A stretch of DNA of 63,465 nt, the filler included, from Pirum gemmata (Eukaryota): NCBI GenBank assembly GCA_002812295.1. It is 16 parts of 16 records of this genome, joined end to end, with 100 filler letters (N's around TTAATTAATTAA, not from the genome) between each part and the next. Parts side by side here need not be neighbours in the genome. Positions count along the whole stretch, not along the records: positions 23,413 to 26,875 come from PDIN01002555.1; positions 26,976 to 33,350 come from PDIN01002556.1; positions 33,451 to 37,890 come from PDIN01002557.1; positions 37,991 to 41,401 come from PDIN01002558.1; 12 more parts are not named here. One strand, 5' to 3'. Positions within the stretch are counted from its first letter, which is position 1; each line of letters opens with the position of its first letter. The position numbers were made by a program, and so were the translations under genes. Below, piece after piece: positions 25,217 to 38,060 of this stretch. Below the pieces are notes generated by a model. That model was not told the DNA's origin. It saw nothing but the letters and a program-made list of their open reading frames with translations, and ran no database searches.

Positions 25217-27033
25217 AAAACAACAATAATAATAATAAAATTAATTTTCTCATTATAACGATCACAACAATGTTTTCAATTAGTCGTTCTGCTCAGAATA
25301 CGCCATAAACTCTTAATTAGAATTTAATAATAAATATAATATAATACACCTCTTCTAGATACTCTTTTTAATTAACGCAAAAAAAAACATCTCTTTCCAT
25401 CTCCTTTGTATTAAATATAATATATCTTTTCTAAATACTCTTTTTAATTCAATATAATGTCTCCTTTCACTTTTATTTATAATAAACATTGCAGAGAATG
25501 CCCAGAAGTAAAATCAGAGGGTTCGTGTTTGTTTTCTGCAATATTTATCGCCAATATTTTTATATTTTGTTTAAAACAACAATAACAAAATAACAACAAT
25601 AACAACAATAACAACAATAACAACAATAACAACAATAACAACAATAACAACAATAACAATAACAACAAAATAATGACAACAACAACAATAACAAGAATAA
25701 CAACAACAACAGCAGTGGCAATAATAATGAATGAAATACATAGAAATGATCTAAACTGTGTTATAAAATACTTTTATTTCGTTTATTTAGTAGTATATTA
25801 TTAAATTTTAAAATAACAATAACAACAATAACAACAATAACAACAATAACAACAATAACAACAATAACAACAATAACAACAATAACAACAATAACAACAA
25901 TAATAACAATAACAACAATAACANNNNNNNNNNNNNNNNNNNNNNNNNNNNNNNNNNNNNNNNNNNNNNNNNNNNNNNNNNNNNNNNNNNNNNNNNNNNN
26001 NNNNNNNNNNNNNNNNNNNNNNNNNNNNNNNNNNNNNNNNNNNNNNNNNNNNNNNNNNNNNNNNNNACAACAATAACAACAATAACAACAATAACAACAA
26101 TAACAACAATAACAACAATAACAACAATAACAACAATAACAACAATAACAACAATAACAACAATAACAACAATAATGACAACAACAACAAAAACAACAAC
26201 AACAGCAGTGGCAATAATAATGAATGAAATACATATAAATGACCTAAACTGTGTTATAAAATACTTTTATTTCGTTTATTTAGTATATTATTAAATTTTA
26301 AAAAAATATATACTTTATGTATTTACTTGAATTAAGAAGTATTAAGATATAAATACTAGAATTATATCATAAAGAAAATTGGTAAACTTTTCTTTTGTGT
26401 TTTGTACTCAAAGCACCCTTTTCCATACTCGTTGTCATTAAGCCATCAATAATGAAGTTTGCTTGGATTTCTGTTATTAATTAAACAGTATTTATCACTT
26501 ACACATGTTAATAATTCTTTTTCTGTAAAGGCTTTCCGTTTAACAATATTATTGTAATTATTAATATCATTGTTATCGATAATATGGAAAAAGGTTAATG
26601 GCTCTACCATTCTGTGTTTTTTTATTAATCCTTGTTCAATATCCACTGCCATCCGATGCGAAGTTTGATTAGTTAAATTTATATATATATTGGTTTCGAA
26701 TACTTGATCGGCTTCGTCTTTTTCTAATTGGGACAGGGGTAAGCAAAATATGCCTATTAGAATTTAAAGGAATAGGCCAAGGTGTTATTTTAGCACTCAT
26801 TTTTCTTGTACTTGAGGTTTTTATTTTTTCAATTATTATAGCTTTTGGTTATTATTATTATTATTATTATTATTANNNNNNNNNNNNNNNNNNNNNNNNN
26901 NNNNNNNNNNNNNNNNNNNTTAATTAATTAANNNNNNNNNNNNNNNNNNNNNNNNNNNNNNNNNNNNNNNNNNNNATATATATATATGGTATTTCGTATT
27001 TTGATTTTTGTAAAGTTATTAATAAATTATTAC

Positions 27034-27220
27034 CATAATCGCATACAAGTGGTTTATAAATATATTTTTTCAATGTGTAATTAACAGGCCTATTCCAACG
27101 ATTACCTATATAAGAAAAAATAAAATGCACATATGAATAAAAAATTCAAACCACAAAATGAAGAATGTAACAACGCACATTGTTATTACAATTACAATTA
27201 TAATAATTAATATCATTCAA

Positions 27221-27260
<40 letters not shown>

Positions 27261-27968
27261 GGTGTGTGTGTGTGTGTGTGGGAGGGGGGGGGTTATAAGC
27301 TTACCTATTGTAAGACTTGAGAAAATTAACCATTTTAATGTAAAGATAAGAAAACAACGATGATAATAAAATAAAGTGACCGAAAAATAGAGAGAAATTT
27401 GAATAATATACAACTGATAATGTAAAGCAATGAATATAGTTTTCATCATATCATTACTTTTGTTATGAATGGTGTTAAAATAAAGAAAGTGATACCCCAA
27501 AAATCAGCCACAGAATCCGAAAGAAGTATAGGGTTGTTCATCATACTTGGAAAATAAATTTTAAAGCCAACCAAACAAAATGTTCTTATGGAATTCGTTA
27601 GAACTTCAAGAGAGAAATATGAGGCTAACCCGCAAGCAATGCACTGGAAAGAAAGTATAGCATATTTTAAGCATTTATTAACCAATAAATGGGAATCGTT
27701 GCTGTTAAATAATTGGTAATAATATTTATAATAATTATAGCCATACAAACCAATACAAAAAAAAGGAAAGGGTGGGGATTAAAAGGGGATTTAAATAAAT
27801 ATACATTCGAAATATTTGGTTTTAACTTATTTTATTTATTACTGATGATGATGCAAGTATATTATATTGTGTAATATATGCATAAAAATCTATATATATA
27901 TATATATGAAAAGAAATAAAAAAAATCATTAATAAATTAATATCAGATAATAATAGAAAATAAAAAAA

Positions 27969-28039
<71 letters not shown>

Positions 28040-28298
28040 CTATTTCTCACAAACTGCTCTAACTTCGGAGCGTTGATTATGAAGCAGTAAAATAATATAT
28101 TTAAAATAAAATATAATGTCAAAAGTTTCAAAATTTTGTTATCAGGAACTCTTGTTTGGCGCAGTTTTCCCATTTTTAAAGGCCACATGGTTATTAATAG
28201 ATGTAACATCATCATCACTATAGTTTGCTTGGACATGTACTGTCGTTCTTGTTGTAAATCTAATATTTTACCAAACAACAGTAAAGAAAGGAAAGCAA
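27034..28298 (-). CDS. MBOAT-family (wax synthase-like) acyltransferase, middle exons (28298-28037, 27701-27496, 27105-27034)
   Basis: Phase-consistent splicing gives ...MMNNPILLSDSVADFWG|NRWNRPVNYTLKKYIYKPLVCDYG, the P..S..DFWG.RWN MBOAT motif. Confidence 0.8.
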
Positions 28299-28602
28299 CT
28301 ACAAGAAAAATCAGTAGTTAGTTTTCATTTGCTTGGCAGTGTCTTTATAAGTGCGTTGTATGACATGGTATCAAAGTTATGTTGCTAACGTAGTCAGAAA
28401 GAGTAGAAAATAAAATAAAATAAAGAAATAAAATGTAATAACCACGAATAAAGAATTATTCATAAATGTCACAAACAAGCTAACAAAAACAAAGATAAAA
28501 ATTCCAACTTTCTTATAGCCTTACCGCAATAACATTGGTTTACTGTTTACTTTTACTAGTTTTGATTAATGTTATTTTAATATAATCATAAACTTTTGCA
28601 AG

Positions 28603-28653
<51 letters not shown>

Positions 28654-28738
28654 NNNNNNNNNNNTGGTTCTTATTCAACTTGTTGTAATTATGAAGCTGA
28701 ATGCAAGAAAAACTTGGAAAAACATAAAAATTAACAAC

Positions 28739-28986
28739 CTTTAATTTTATAGAATATTCAGGGAGTTTCGCCAAAGAATGAGCAAATGGTTCGGGAAATG
28801 ATGGTAAAGTTTGCTGCATATCAAATAAAAGTTGACGCCATCTAAGCTGAGATTCTAACAATTTTTTTACCGTTATCTCCGTTTCAAAGAAGGCGTGTGA
28901 AATAATGTCGTTGTTATGGTCGTTGGGGTTGTTAGGGTTGTTAGGGTTGTTAGGATTGTTATGGCTGCTGCTGCTGCTGCTGCTGC

Positions 28987-29021
<35 letters not shown>

Positions 29022-29413
29022 GCGGTGTTGGTGTTGGTGTTGGTGGTGGTGTTGTTGGTGTTGGTGTTGGTGTTGGTGTTGGTGGTGTTGTTGGTGGTGT
29101 TGTTGGTGGTGTTGTTGGTGGTGTCGGTATGGGTGTTGGTATGGGTGTTGGTGTCGGTGTCAGTGTTGGTGTTGGTGTCGGTGTCGTTGTTGGTGTTGGT
29201 GTCGGTGTCGTTGTTGGTGTTGGTGTCGGTGTCGGTCTTGGTATTGGTCTTGGCCTTGGTCTTGGACTCAGCGTCAGTAACTGTATTGTCACCGCAATCT
29301 AAGATATTATTGGCGCTAGCTTTGCTATTTTTATTGTTGTCATTGTCGTTGTTAATATAACCTTCATTGTTTATATCAGCACTCATTTCAGAGTTTTTTG
29401 GAGGAGTGCTCAT
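28739..29413 (-). CDS. First exon of an N/T-rich protein (either the MBOAT 5' end or a different gene)
   Basis: ATG, low-complexity N/T region, then complex sequence SHAFFETEITVKKLLESQLRWRQLLFDMQQ...; possible donor AAG|GTTGTT. Confidence 0.5.
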
Positions 29414-30616
29414 TGTTAAGTATTTCTCTGTCGTTGGAGAAAAAGATAAAGATATCGAAAAAGAAACAATAGATTGATTTTGAGTTTTTTTTCTTTTCGG
29501 ACCAGCTGGTTTTTATATATAGGTGGTGGAGTGAGTGAGTAATAGTATACATAGACTTACTGGTCTCATGGTAGACTATTTATAAAAATAAATTTATTTA
29601 TTATTGATACTATATCATAATATTATAATATGAGCAAAGTCATAATACATTTATATTTTTATATTATTATATCAAGGACTTTTTGAAGTCTTTGAAGTCC
29701 TTTATAATAATATTATAATAATATTATTTTATTTATACGTGATTATAATATTATAATATTATATATAATAATATTATGATAATATTATAATATTATTATG
29801 AAAAATAATATAATACCTGTCCAGCTAGCTAGCTAGCTAGCTATCAGATAATATCTGATAATAATAATAATAACCTCCTACTAGCTAGCTAGCTCTGCCC
29901 TCATCAAGACCTCAGATATTTCCATAATAAGATATTATTTCCAAAAAAACCCGAAAAGATCTTTTAAACTATATATGGCTTCTTTATATGTTAAAAAGGT
30001 AACGGGTTAATATTTCCATATATTACTGTGTGGGTTTTTTCGTAAATCGAGACCTATTCGTGTTTTTACATCATGGTTTTTCAATGGTGTTGTCCAGTTC
30101 TAAAACTGAAATAAATGTATCGGATACAAAATTATTATTATCAGACATGTTTTAATTAATTTGGTATTTTATACTTAATGTTTTATTTTATAAAAAAGTT
30201 CAATTATACGCTTAAGCAGTACTACTAGATACTACTAGCTAGTAGTAGTAGTATCGTAGTGGTTGCAGAGTATAACTGGAATATTTTTTATAATTACCAT
30301 ATTATAATATATTAATAATAAAAATTTTTATTGGAAAAAAAAAGTTGCAATTTCTCCATCTCTTCTTTAGAAAGCTCTTTCTAATAAATGTGATTTTGGT
30401 TTTGTCTGGTTTTGTCTGGTTTTGGCTGCTTAGTATTAAATTATATCGAATAAGCAACTTGATTCTTTTCTGTTAACATGAAAAGAAAGGTGTATAAATA
30501 CAGGAAATAGAGGCAGTTCTGGTGTTCTGGTGTGTTGTTATCTACTTTTTTTGAAGGTTGCTTGTGCTTTATCTGCTGAAAGTGCTGTTTAGCTATGACA
30601 CAGTATATTCTTAGTA

Positions 30617-31630
30617 TCACCATTGACCACTCTGGTTTCTTATCAGTGACAAAATTCCACAACCAGGCAAAAGACAAAATAAGTGAATAAGCCAAAACAA
30701 ATAGTCCCGCAATATCTATACAATAAAAGAAAATAATGTTTAAATGGATATTTATACTATTTGTTTATTATTATTGTGTTGCTTATTTTGAACAATTGAC
30801 AATCTTGTTATAATTACCAAATATTCCAGTTCGGGTTGAAGAAGGGTTTGCAAGATAGGAACAACAAATAAAGGACCCGGTAGAGCTACATATAGGTTAG
30901 TACTTTGCCATTTCCAGTAAGGTGATGTGATAAAATTACATATTAGCTTTTGCTGAATATACATTAAAATTCCTAGTTATAAAGATTATAAAGATGATAT
31001 ATATATTATTGAAAATGTTGTTTTTGCTATCAATGTATAATAATAATAATTTTTTGTTGGTATTATCATATTGTTCAAAACTACAATGAATCAGTAAAAT
31101 AATAATAATACAATACAACTATTTAAATTAATAAATAAATAAATACAGAAATACACAAGTATACAAATACAATAATACAAAAATGTGGAAATGATACATG
31201 AACACAGCATATACATTTTGTCCATTAAATTATATAACAGCTCACCAATACAAAAACACCAAATGAAACAAGTGTGTAAATACAGAAATATCAAAATACA
31301 AAAAGTAAAAATGAAATAATACAATCGTGGCTACCATTGTTATTAATTCTGAAAAAGATTAATGTTATCATATAACACAAAAACAAAACGATTAAACAAA
31401 ACCGATAAAGCTAAGAAAAAAAAACAAGACTAAAAGATCACAATGCACCATTAAACGAAAGAAAAAAATAATGTACTAAAAACCTTGAGAAGAAAAATAT
31501 AAAAGTGTATAAACGGCAATTATAAATCCATTATTTGTATTTCTTTCATAAGTCGCAAAATATATTGGATAAGCATGGATTAAACCACTCGAAAAAAAAG
31601 TAATCAGTCCTGAAAACCTTTTACTTACTC
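30617..31630 (-). CDS. MBOAT-family acyltransferase, 3' exons (31630-31484, 30972-30818, probably 30715-30617)
   Basis: GVSKRFSGLITFFSSGLIHAYPIYFA...LLYFSSQ|GILMYIQQKL...LYVALPGPLFVVPIL contains the catalytic SG..H motif and the qG motif. Phase matches the exon ending at 27034. Confidence 0.78.
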
Positions 31631-33501
31631 CTAAATAACAACATCGGCAAGCAAGTTAATATTAAAACTAATATTAAAACTAATATATATTAAAACTAAT
31701 ATTAATAGTAATAGTAATAGTAATAGTAATAGTAATAGTAATAGTAATAGTAATAGTAATAGTAATAGCAATATTAATTAAAACAAAAATATTAATGAGA
31801 ATAAACATGATAAATATAGCAACAGGGAAAGTAGTTCAAAAAATTAACTTCTGGAAATAGTTAATGGAAAAAAACTGCTGTTTAATTTCATATAAATTTG
31901 ATAGTAGAAGTTAAACTTAAATTTGTATACAACAAAATACATAGGTTAACAATGAAAAAACAAAAATCGACCAATAAACGAATAAATAATAGTTGGCAAA
32001 AGAAAGAATGAATTTGATAGTAAAAGTTAAAAGTGATTGGTAAGGTGTAGCTAATGATAATATCAAGATGGTGAATATGGTGAGTATGGTGATGAAAATG
32101 GTCAAAATGGTAAAAATGAAATNNNNNNNNNNNNNNNNNNNNNNNNNNNNATACTAAGTTAAAAGTAGAATAGCACAACGTGAAAATACAAGTTCGAACT
32201 ATTACATAGTAAATGGTTGCTCTTGCACCAAACCGCTGGCCTGTATAAATGTTAATCTGCTATTACCTGATATCAAGCCATTGAGTAAAGCACGTGATAC
32301 ACCTTTCTCTCTTCCTTGAATTTTAAATTCGTTACTGTAAATTAGTGAATGTTAACTCATATCAGTGTTGTTTGCTATTTTAATAAAACAGGAAACTTTT
32401 GCTTAATTATTTTAATGCCGACTGTCATTTAAAAGCTTTCTTTCTTTCTTTGTGTTTTGTTTTTCGCGTTACATTCATTCATCTGGGTATCTGAAGTTTC
32501 CCCGGAACCAAGAGTTTATACACATATAATACCAGTTATTTTCATTTAAGATATTACGTTTTCATTGATTGTTATATGTTTTATTTTGATACCTTTTTAT
32601 ATATTTTTCCAAGTTAGATAATATTATTGTTATAAATGATTACTGATTATTATATATTATACCATGAGGCCTACCTGTTTCATGATTACACACAGACAAA
32701 CACTTTGGTTTATATATATAATGCCTAATATCCCACATCTGTGTGAATACATATACATACACCGAAGGACCAAAAGACATACACGTGGAATAGAAAAGCC
32801 CACATCTGGCTGGGTTGCGATATTATATATTCCGTCTTTTCAAAAAAAATTAATACTAATTATGTTTGTGATTGATTTCAGGAAAATTAAATATTGAATA
32901 TTTAAAAACGGCATTAACCACGCTAACATTTTAAAATGCATGGTGTGTTATACGAACAAATACAATGTACAATTGCTTAACATTCATGGACACTGACTTG
33001 TTGTGTTTGGCTGCTAACTGACTATCAAGACCTTTTTTTCAGAGACTTTTCTTCCACGTCAGCGACTTGGAAGTCTGCATGTTTTTTATAAACAAGCTTC
33101 GATCTTTCTTTTAGTTGTCTTGATTTAGATAATAAAGCAAGCATAGACTTTTTCAAACTCTAGTAAGTCAAAAATAATTGTGAAGTTAGCTTTTAGGTTA
33201 GGGTTAAGGGTTAAAGCTGAAATATATAATTGTATTTATAACGTGATTCGTGTCAATGACACGTGTATAACATCACTACTGATATTACCGGAGGAACGGA
33301 GGAGTGGGTAGAAGAGAGAGAGAGAGAGAGAGTGTGTGTGTGTGTGTGGGNNNNNNNNNNNNNNNNNNNNNNNNNNNNNNNNNNNNNNNNNNNNTTAATT
33401 AATTAANNNNNNNNNNNNNNNNNNNNNNNNNNNNNNNNNNNNNNNNNNNNACAACAACAACAACAACAACAATAACAACAATAACAATAACAATAATTCA
33501 G

Positions 33502-33736
33502 GGTAAAAAAGTGGGTTGCTTTGGTCTAACCGAGCCAGACCATGGCAGTGACCCAGGGGGTATGGTTACTCGTGCCAAAAAAGTTGATGGTGGTTTTATT
33601 ATGAACGGTTCTAAAATGTGGATTACTAATTCTCCCATTGCTGATGTTTTTGTAGTTTGGGGTAAGTTAGACGACGAAATTCGTGGCTTTATTTTAGAAA
33701 AAGGTATGCCTGGTTTAACTGCACCGAAAATCGAAG
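33502..33736 (+). CDS. GCDH: Glutaryl-CoA dehydrogenase, internal exon
   Basis: [21 protein letters not shown]...[20 protein letters not shown]...[19 protein letters not shown], bounded by AG and GT. Confidence 0.9.
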
Positions 33737-33820
33737 GTAACCCCTGACCCCTAACCCTAACCCTAACCCTAACCCTAACCCTAACCCAATGTAAAATTTG
33801 TATCATTTTTTTTTTTTTAA

Positions 33821-34059
33821 CTACCAAGCCGGATAAAAATTGTGACATCCGCCATGTGAACTCAAAAATCCAAAAATCTCAAAATGATCCAATTTTAATG
33901 AAAGTACTACCAAATTTTGAGTAATCATATAACAAAAAAAAACTGTATTATGAACCAATAGGTATTTTTTAAAAATAATTTGGCTAGTCAGAATTAAAGG
34001 TTTTTAGAAAAGAAGTTTAAAAAAAAAAAAGATTTCTACAGTTTTATCCGGCTTGGTAG
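33821..34059. mobile_element. TTAA-flanked MITE with perfect 18-bp TIR, in the GCDH intron
   Basis: TTAA|CTACCAAGCCGGATAAAA ... TTTTATCCGGCTTGGTAG|TTAA. Relatives at 61418-61686, ~7150-7250 and ~18175-18300. Confidence 0.9.
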
Positions 34060-34511
34060 TTAAAAATAAATTAATATGTTTTTAGTTTATTTATATTTAT
34101 TTTATGTTTTTAATAATCGTTATGTATAATATTTAAAAATTTATAATAAATTAATGTTTTTTAGTATATTTATGTTTATTTTAATTTTTTTATTCTTTAT
34201 ATTTAAAAAATAAATGATTTAAAATGTTTTTAGTATATTTATTTTAATTTTTTTAATCGTTATATATAATATTTAAATATTTAAAATAAATTAATATTTT
34301 TAGTATATTTATATTTGTTTTAATTTTTTTAATCATTGTATATATATATTANNNNNNNNNNNNNNNNNNNNNNNNNNNNTAATAATAATAATAATAGTAA
34401 TTGCAGTAATAGTCATTATATTAATAAAAGTAACAATAATAATAAAAATAATAAAAACAACAACAACAACAACAACAACAACGACAAATAAATAAAAATA
34501 GATTAAAATAC

Positions 34512-34673
34512 CGCGGCCACGTTATCATCAAGAAGGGCTTCGTTTCCAGGTCTATAACACTTCATAAACTCATATGGAAATAATTTCGTGGGTCGTATTT
34601 TATTTTCATTTTTCAAAAATTTATCTCTGCTTGTTTTTACAAACAAATTCCAACCTTTTTGTTTTACACTCAT
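34512..34673 (-). CDS. Putative first exon of an unidentified protein
   Basis: 54 open codons MSVKQKGWNLFVKTSRDKFLKNENKIRPTKLFPYEFMKCYRPGNEALLDDNVAA ending at GCG|GTATTT; a complex-sequence island among microsatellites. Confidence 0.4.
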
Positions 34674-35174
34674 ATCGAGTTTTGTTATTTTATATTGTAG
34701 TTAATGTTGTATATTACTATTACTATTATTATTATTATTATTATATTATTATTATTAATATGTTAAGTTGTAATATTATAAATAAAGGAAAAAGAATTTA
34801 GAATTTACATACATACATTTATACATACATACACACACAGACACAGACACACACACATATATATAAGTATATATATGTATAAATATATTATGTGTGCTTG
34901 TGTTATTGTCGTTATTGTTATTGTTATTGTTATTGTTATTGTTATTATTATTATTATTCACTTTTAATCTTTTTATATGCTACTGGTGAATGTATTTATA
35001 GATATATGGTAGATATTGATAATAATTATGATAATGAGTTAAATGACAACAGTAATAATACCTATTAATAAAAAAATAAAAGAATAATGATACTAATATT
35101 ATTGTATCAACAACAACAATAATATAATGATAATGATAATGACAATGATAATGATAATGATAATAATAATAATG

Positions 35175-35209
<35 letters not shown>

Positions 35210-35939
35210 GATAATGATAATGATAATGATAATGATAATGATAATGATTAATAGTTATAATATAGGCTAATTTCCTGGGGTTCCTGAAAAAAGTTTTAAA
35301 AAAACAAAAAAACATCTTGAAAAAGCAGATGGGTTGACCATCAGTGAGATTTACACTCTTTTGTAGGGGTTGAATAGTATGGCTCTCTCATTCATAACAA
35401 AATTTATTATAAGTGTAAATAGAATGTGCGTTTTATACGCACGCTATTTAGCCCCAGAGTTTGCCATGAGGAATTTAGACTCTACTAGTACTAGCTAGCT
35501 AGCTATCACATTAAATATCGATCATTCTAAAACATTAGACTCCAAAGTCCAAACTACCCCCCGTAGATAGCAAAGTTAGGCTTGTCAGTTAGCTACTAGC
35601 TAGCTAGCTAGTAGTAGCTGCACTAGCTAGCTGCACTACTAGCTAGCTAGCTAGTAGTAGCTGCACTAGCTAGCTGCACTACTAGCTAGAAACTACTACT
35701 AGCTAGCTACTAGCTAGCTAGCTAGCTAGCTAATAGTAATACAAAAGAGTATTTAAAAGAGTCTTGAAAGGACAACCATCGAAAACTCGAGCAGAAAAGC
35801 TTGGGTCGATTCGATTTTTTTCCATCAATTTGAAGAAAAAATCGAAAAAATCGAAAAAATCGAAAAAATCGAAAAAATCTAATTTTTGAGTTTTTTTTTT
35901 TTATAGACTTAGTATTCTTAGTATCATAGTTTTTTGATT

Positions 35940-36006
<67 letters not shown>

Positions 36007-36224
36007 TTTTTTTATTTATTTATTAGCATTGTTACTACTAGCCAGTGCATTTTTACGATACTTATAAATGATACATATTGATACATAGTATTTATTCTGT
36101 TTATTTATCATCATCATCATTATTAATTTATTATTGTTATTTCTAATAAGTCAAGTATATAAAGAGCAAGTGTAAGTACATTTGTAGATTCAATATAAAA
36201 CAATAATAATAATAACATCAAAAA

Positions 36225-36424
36225 ATGAGTGAAGATGAAGTTAAAAATGAACCTAGTCCACCGCCAGGCGCTCCTGCGGATGGCCCTGAAACCGAAAATC
36301 AAATAGAACCAGAAAAACAAAATGGTGAAGGAGAGAGGTAAAACATAATAACTGTTGTTGTGTTTGTGGTGTGTTACTGTAATAGTAGTAGTAGTAATAG
36401 TAATAGTAATAGTAGTAATAGTAA

Positions 36425-36456
<32 letters not shown>

Positions 36457-36492
36457 ATAGTAGTAGTAGTGTAGTAGTATTAGTAGTAGTAT

Positions 36493-36549
<57 letters not shown>

Positions 36550-36599
36550 TAGTAGTGGTAGTAGTGGTAGTAGTAGTATTAGTNNATTAGTAGTAGTAT

Positions 36600-36656
<57 letters not shown>

Positions 36657-36698
36657 TAGTAGTGGTAGTAGTGGTAGTAGTAGTATTAGTAGTAGTAG

Positions 36699-36737
<39 letters not shown>

Positions 36738-36982
36738 CTAGTAGTAGTAATAGTAGTAGTAGTATAGCGCTTTTCATTTATTTTGTCACTCGGAATATTT
36801 ATTTGGTTGGTTATAAATTTTTAATTGACATTGTTAAATGAATAAATGAATAATAAAATATACTAAATTAAATGAAATGGATCTATATTGTATTAATTTG
36901 GTACTCTTTATTGTAAATTCTATGATGACAAAACAGCTGAAAAGCACGATAGTGGTAATAGTAATAGTAGTAGTAGTAGTAA

Positions 36983-37049
<67 letters not shown>

Positions 37050-37677
37050 TGTGGTGGTGGTTGTGGTGGTGGTAGTGGTGGAAGTAGTAGTAGTAGTGAT
37101 GGTGGTGGTAGTGGTAGTNNNNNNNNNNNNNNNNNNNNNNNNNNNNNNNNNNNNNNNNNNNNNNNNNNNNNNNNNNNNNNNNNNNNNNNNNNNNNNNNNN
37201 NNNNNNNNNNNNNNNNNNNNNNNNNNNNNNNNNNNNNNNNNNNNNNNNNNNNNNNNNNNNGTTGTTGTGGTTGTTGTGGTTGTTGTGGTTGTTGTGGTTG
37301 TTGTGGTTGTTGTGGTTGCTGTGGTTGTTGTGGTTGCTGTGGTTGCTGTGGTTGTTGTGGTTGTTGTGGTTGCTGTGGTTGCTGTGGTTATTGTGGTTGT
37401 CGTGGTTGCTGTGCTTGTTGTGCTTGTTGTGCTTGTTGTACTTGTTGTGCTTGTTTTGGTTGTTGTGGTTGTTGTGGTTGCTGTTGTTGTGATTGTGGGG
37501 CTGTTGTTGTGATTGTGGTTCATAAAAGTAAAGCTTAAACCAATTTTTATATTTTTGTTTGCCCCGCCCTATTTGTTACGTTTTGTTCTAAAAGTAAAAA
37601 AAAGAGTAAAGACAGAAGCCGTAGTAGGGATCGAGAAAGCAGAAGAAGCAGCAAAGATAGTAGCAGACGAAGCAGTC
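36225..37677 (+). CDS. 5' exons (36225-36337, 37595-37677) of an RS-domain (SR-related) protein
   Basis: MSEDEVKNEPSPPPGAPADGPETENQIEPEKQNGEGE|SKKKSKDRSRSRDRESRRSSKDSSRRSS with phase-consistent GT-AG sites. Confidence 0.65.
36763..36951. mobile_element. TA-flanked MITE inserted in an intronic (TAG)n microsatellite
   Basis: TA|TAGCGCTTTTCA ... TGAAAAGCACGA|TA. Confidence 0.85.
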
Positions 37678-38060
37678 GTAAGTTTCTTTTGATTTTAATT
37701 TATTATTTCTATTATTTGTCCTGTTTCTTTTAAATCTAAATAAATTGTAATTTTTTTAGAAGTCATAAGTCATAGGTCATAAAATGTGTAAATCACAAAA
37801 TATAACTTACCCTAACGCTAACGCTAACCCTAACCCTAACCCTAACCCTAACCCTAACCCTAACCCTAACCCTAACGCTAACGCTAACGCNNNNNNNNNN
37901 NNNNNNNNNNNNNNNNNNNNNNNNNNNNNNNNNNTTAATTAATTAANNNNNNNNNNNNNNNNNNNNNNNNNNNNNNNNNNNNNNNNNNNNAATAATAATA
38001 ATAATATATAATAATAAAGTATAATAATAATAATAATAACAAAAATAATAAACAAAAAAC

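Noticed and set aside
25640..26300. Direct duplication around the (AAC/AAT)n gap
   Set aside because: Near-identical copies flank an N gap inside a microsatellite; likely allelic or redundant assembly.
30441..30695. Independent 84-aa membrane protein ORF
   Set aside because: Overlaps the probable last MBOAT exon in another frame and lacks an ATG start.
36360..37523. Poly-V/T/L/S ORFs here, and similar ones at 3574-4620, 6799-7060, 25477-26234, 46942-47224, 53644-53965 and 61971-62500
   Set aside because: Translations of tri- and hexanucleotide microsatellites, often running through N gaps.
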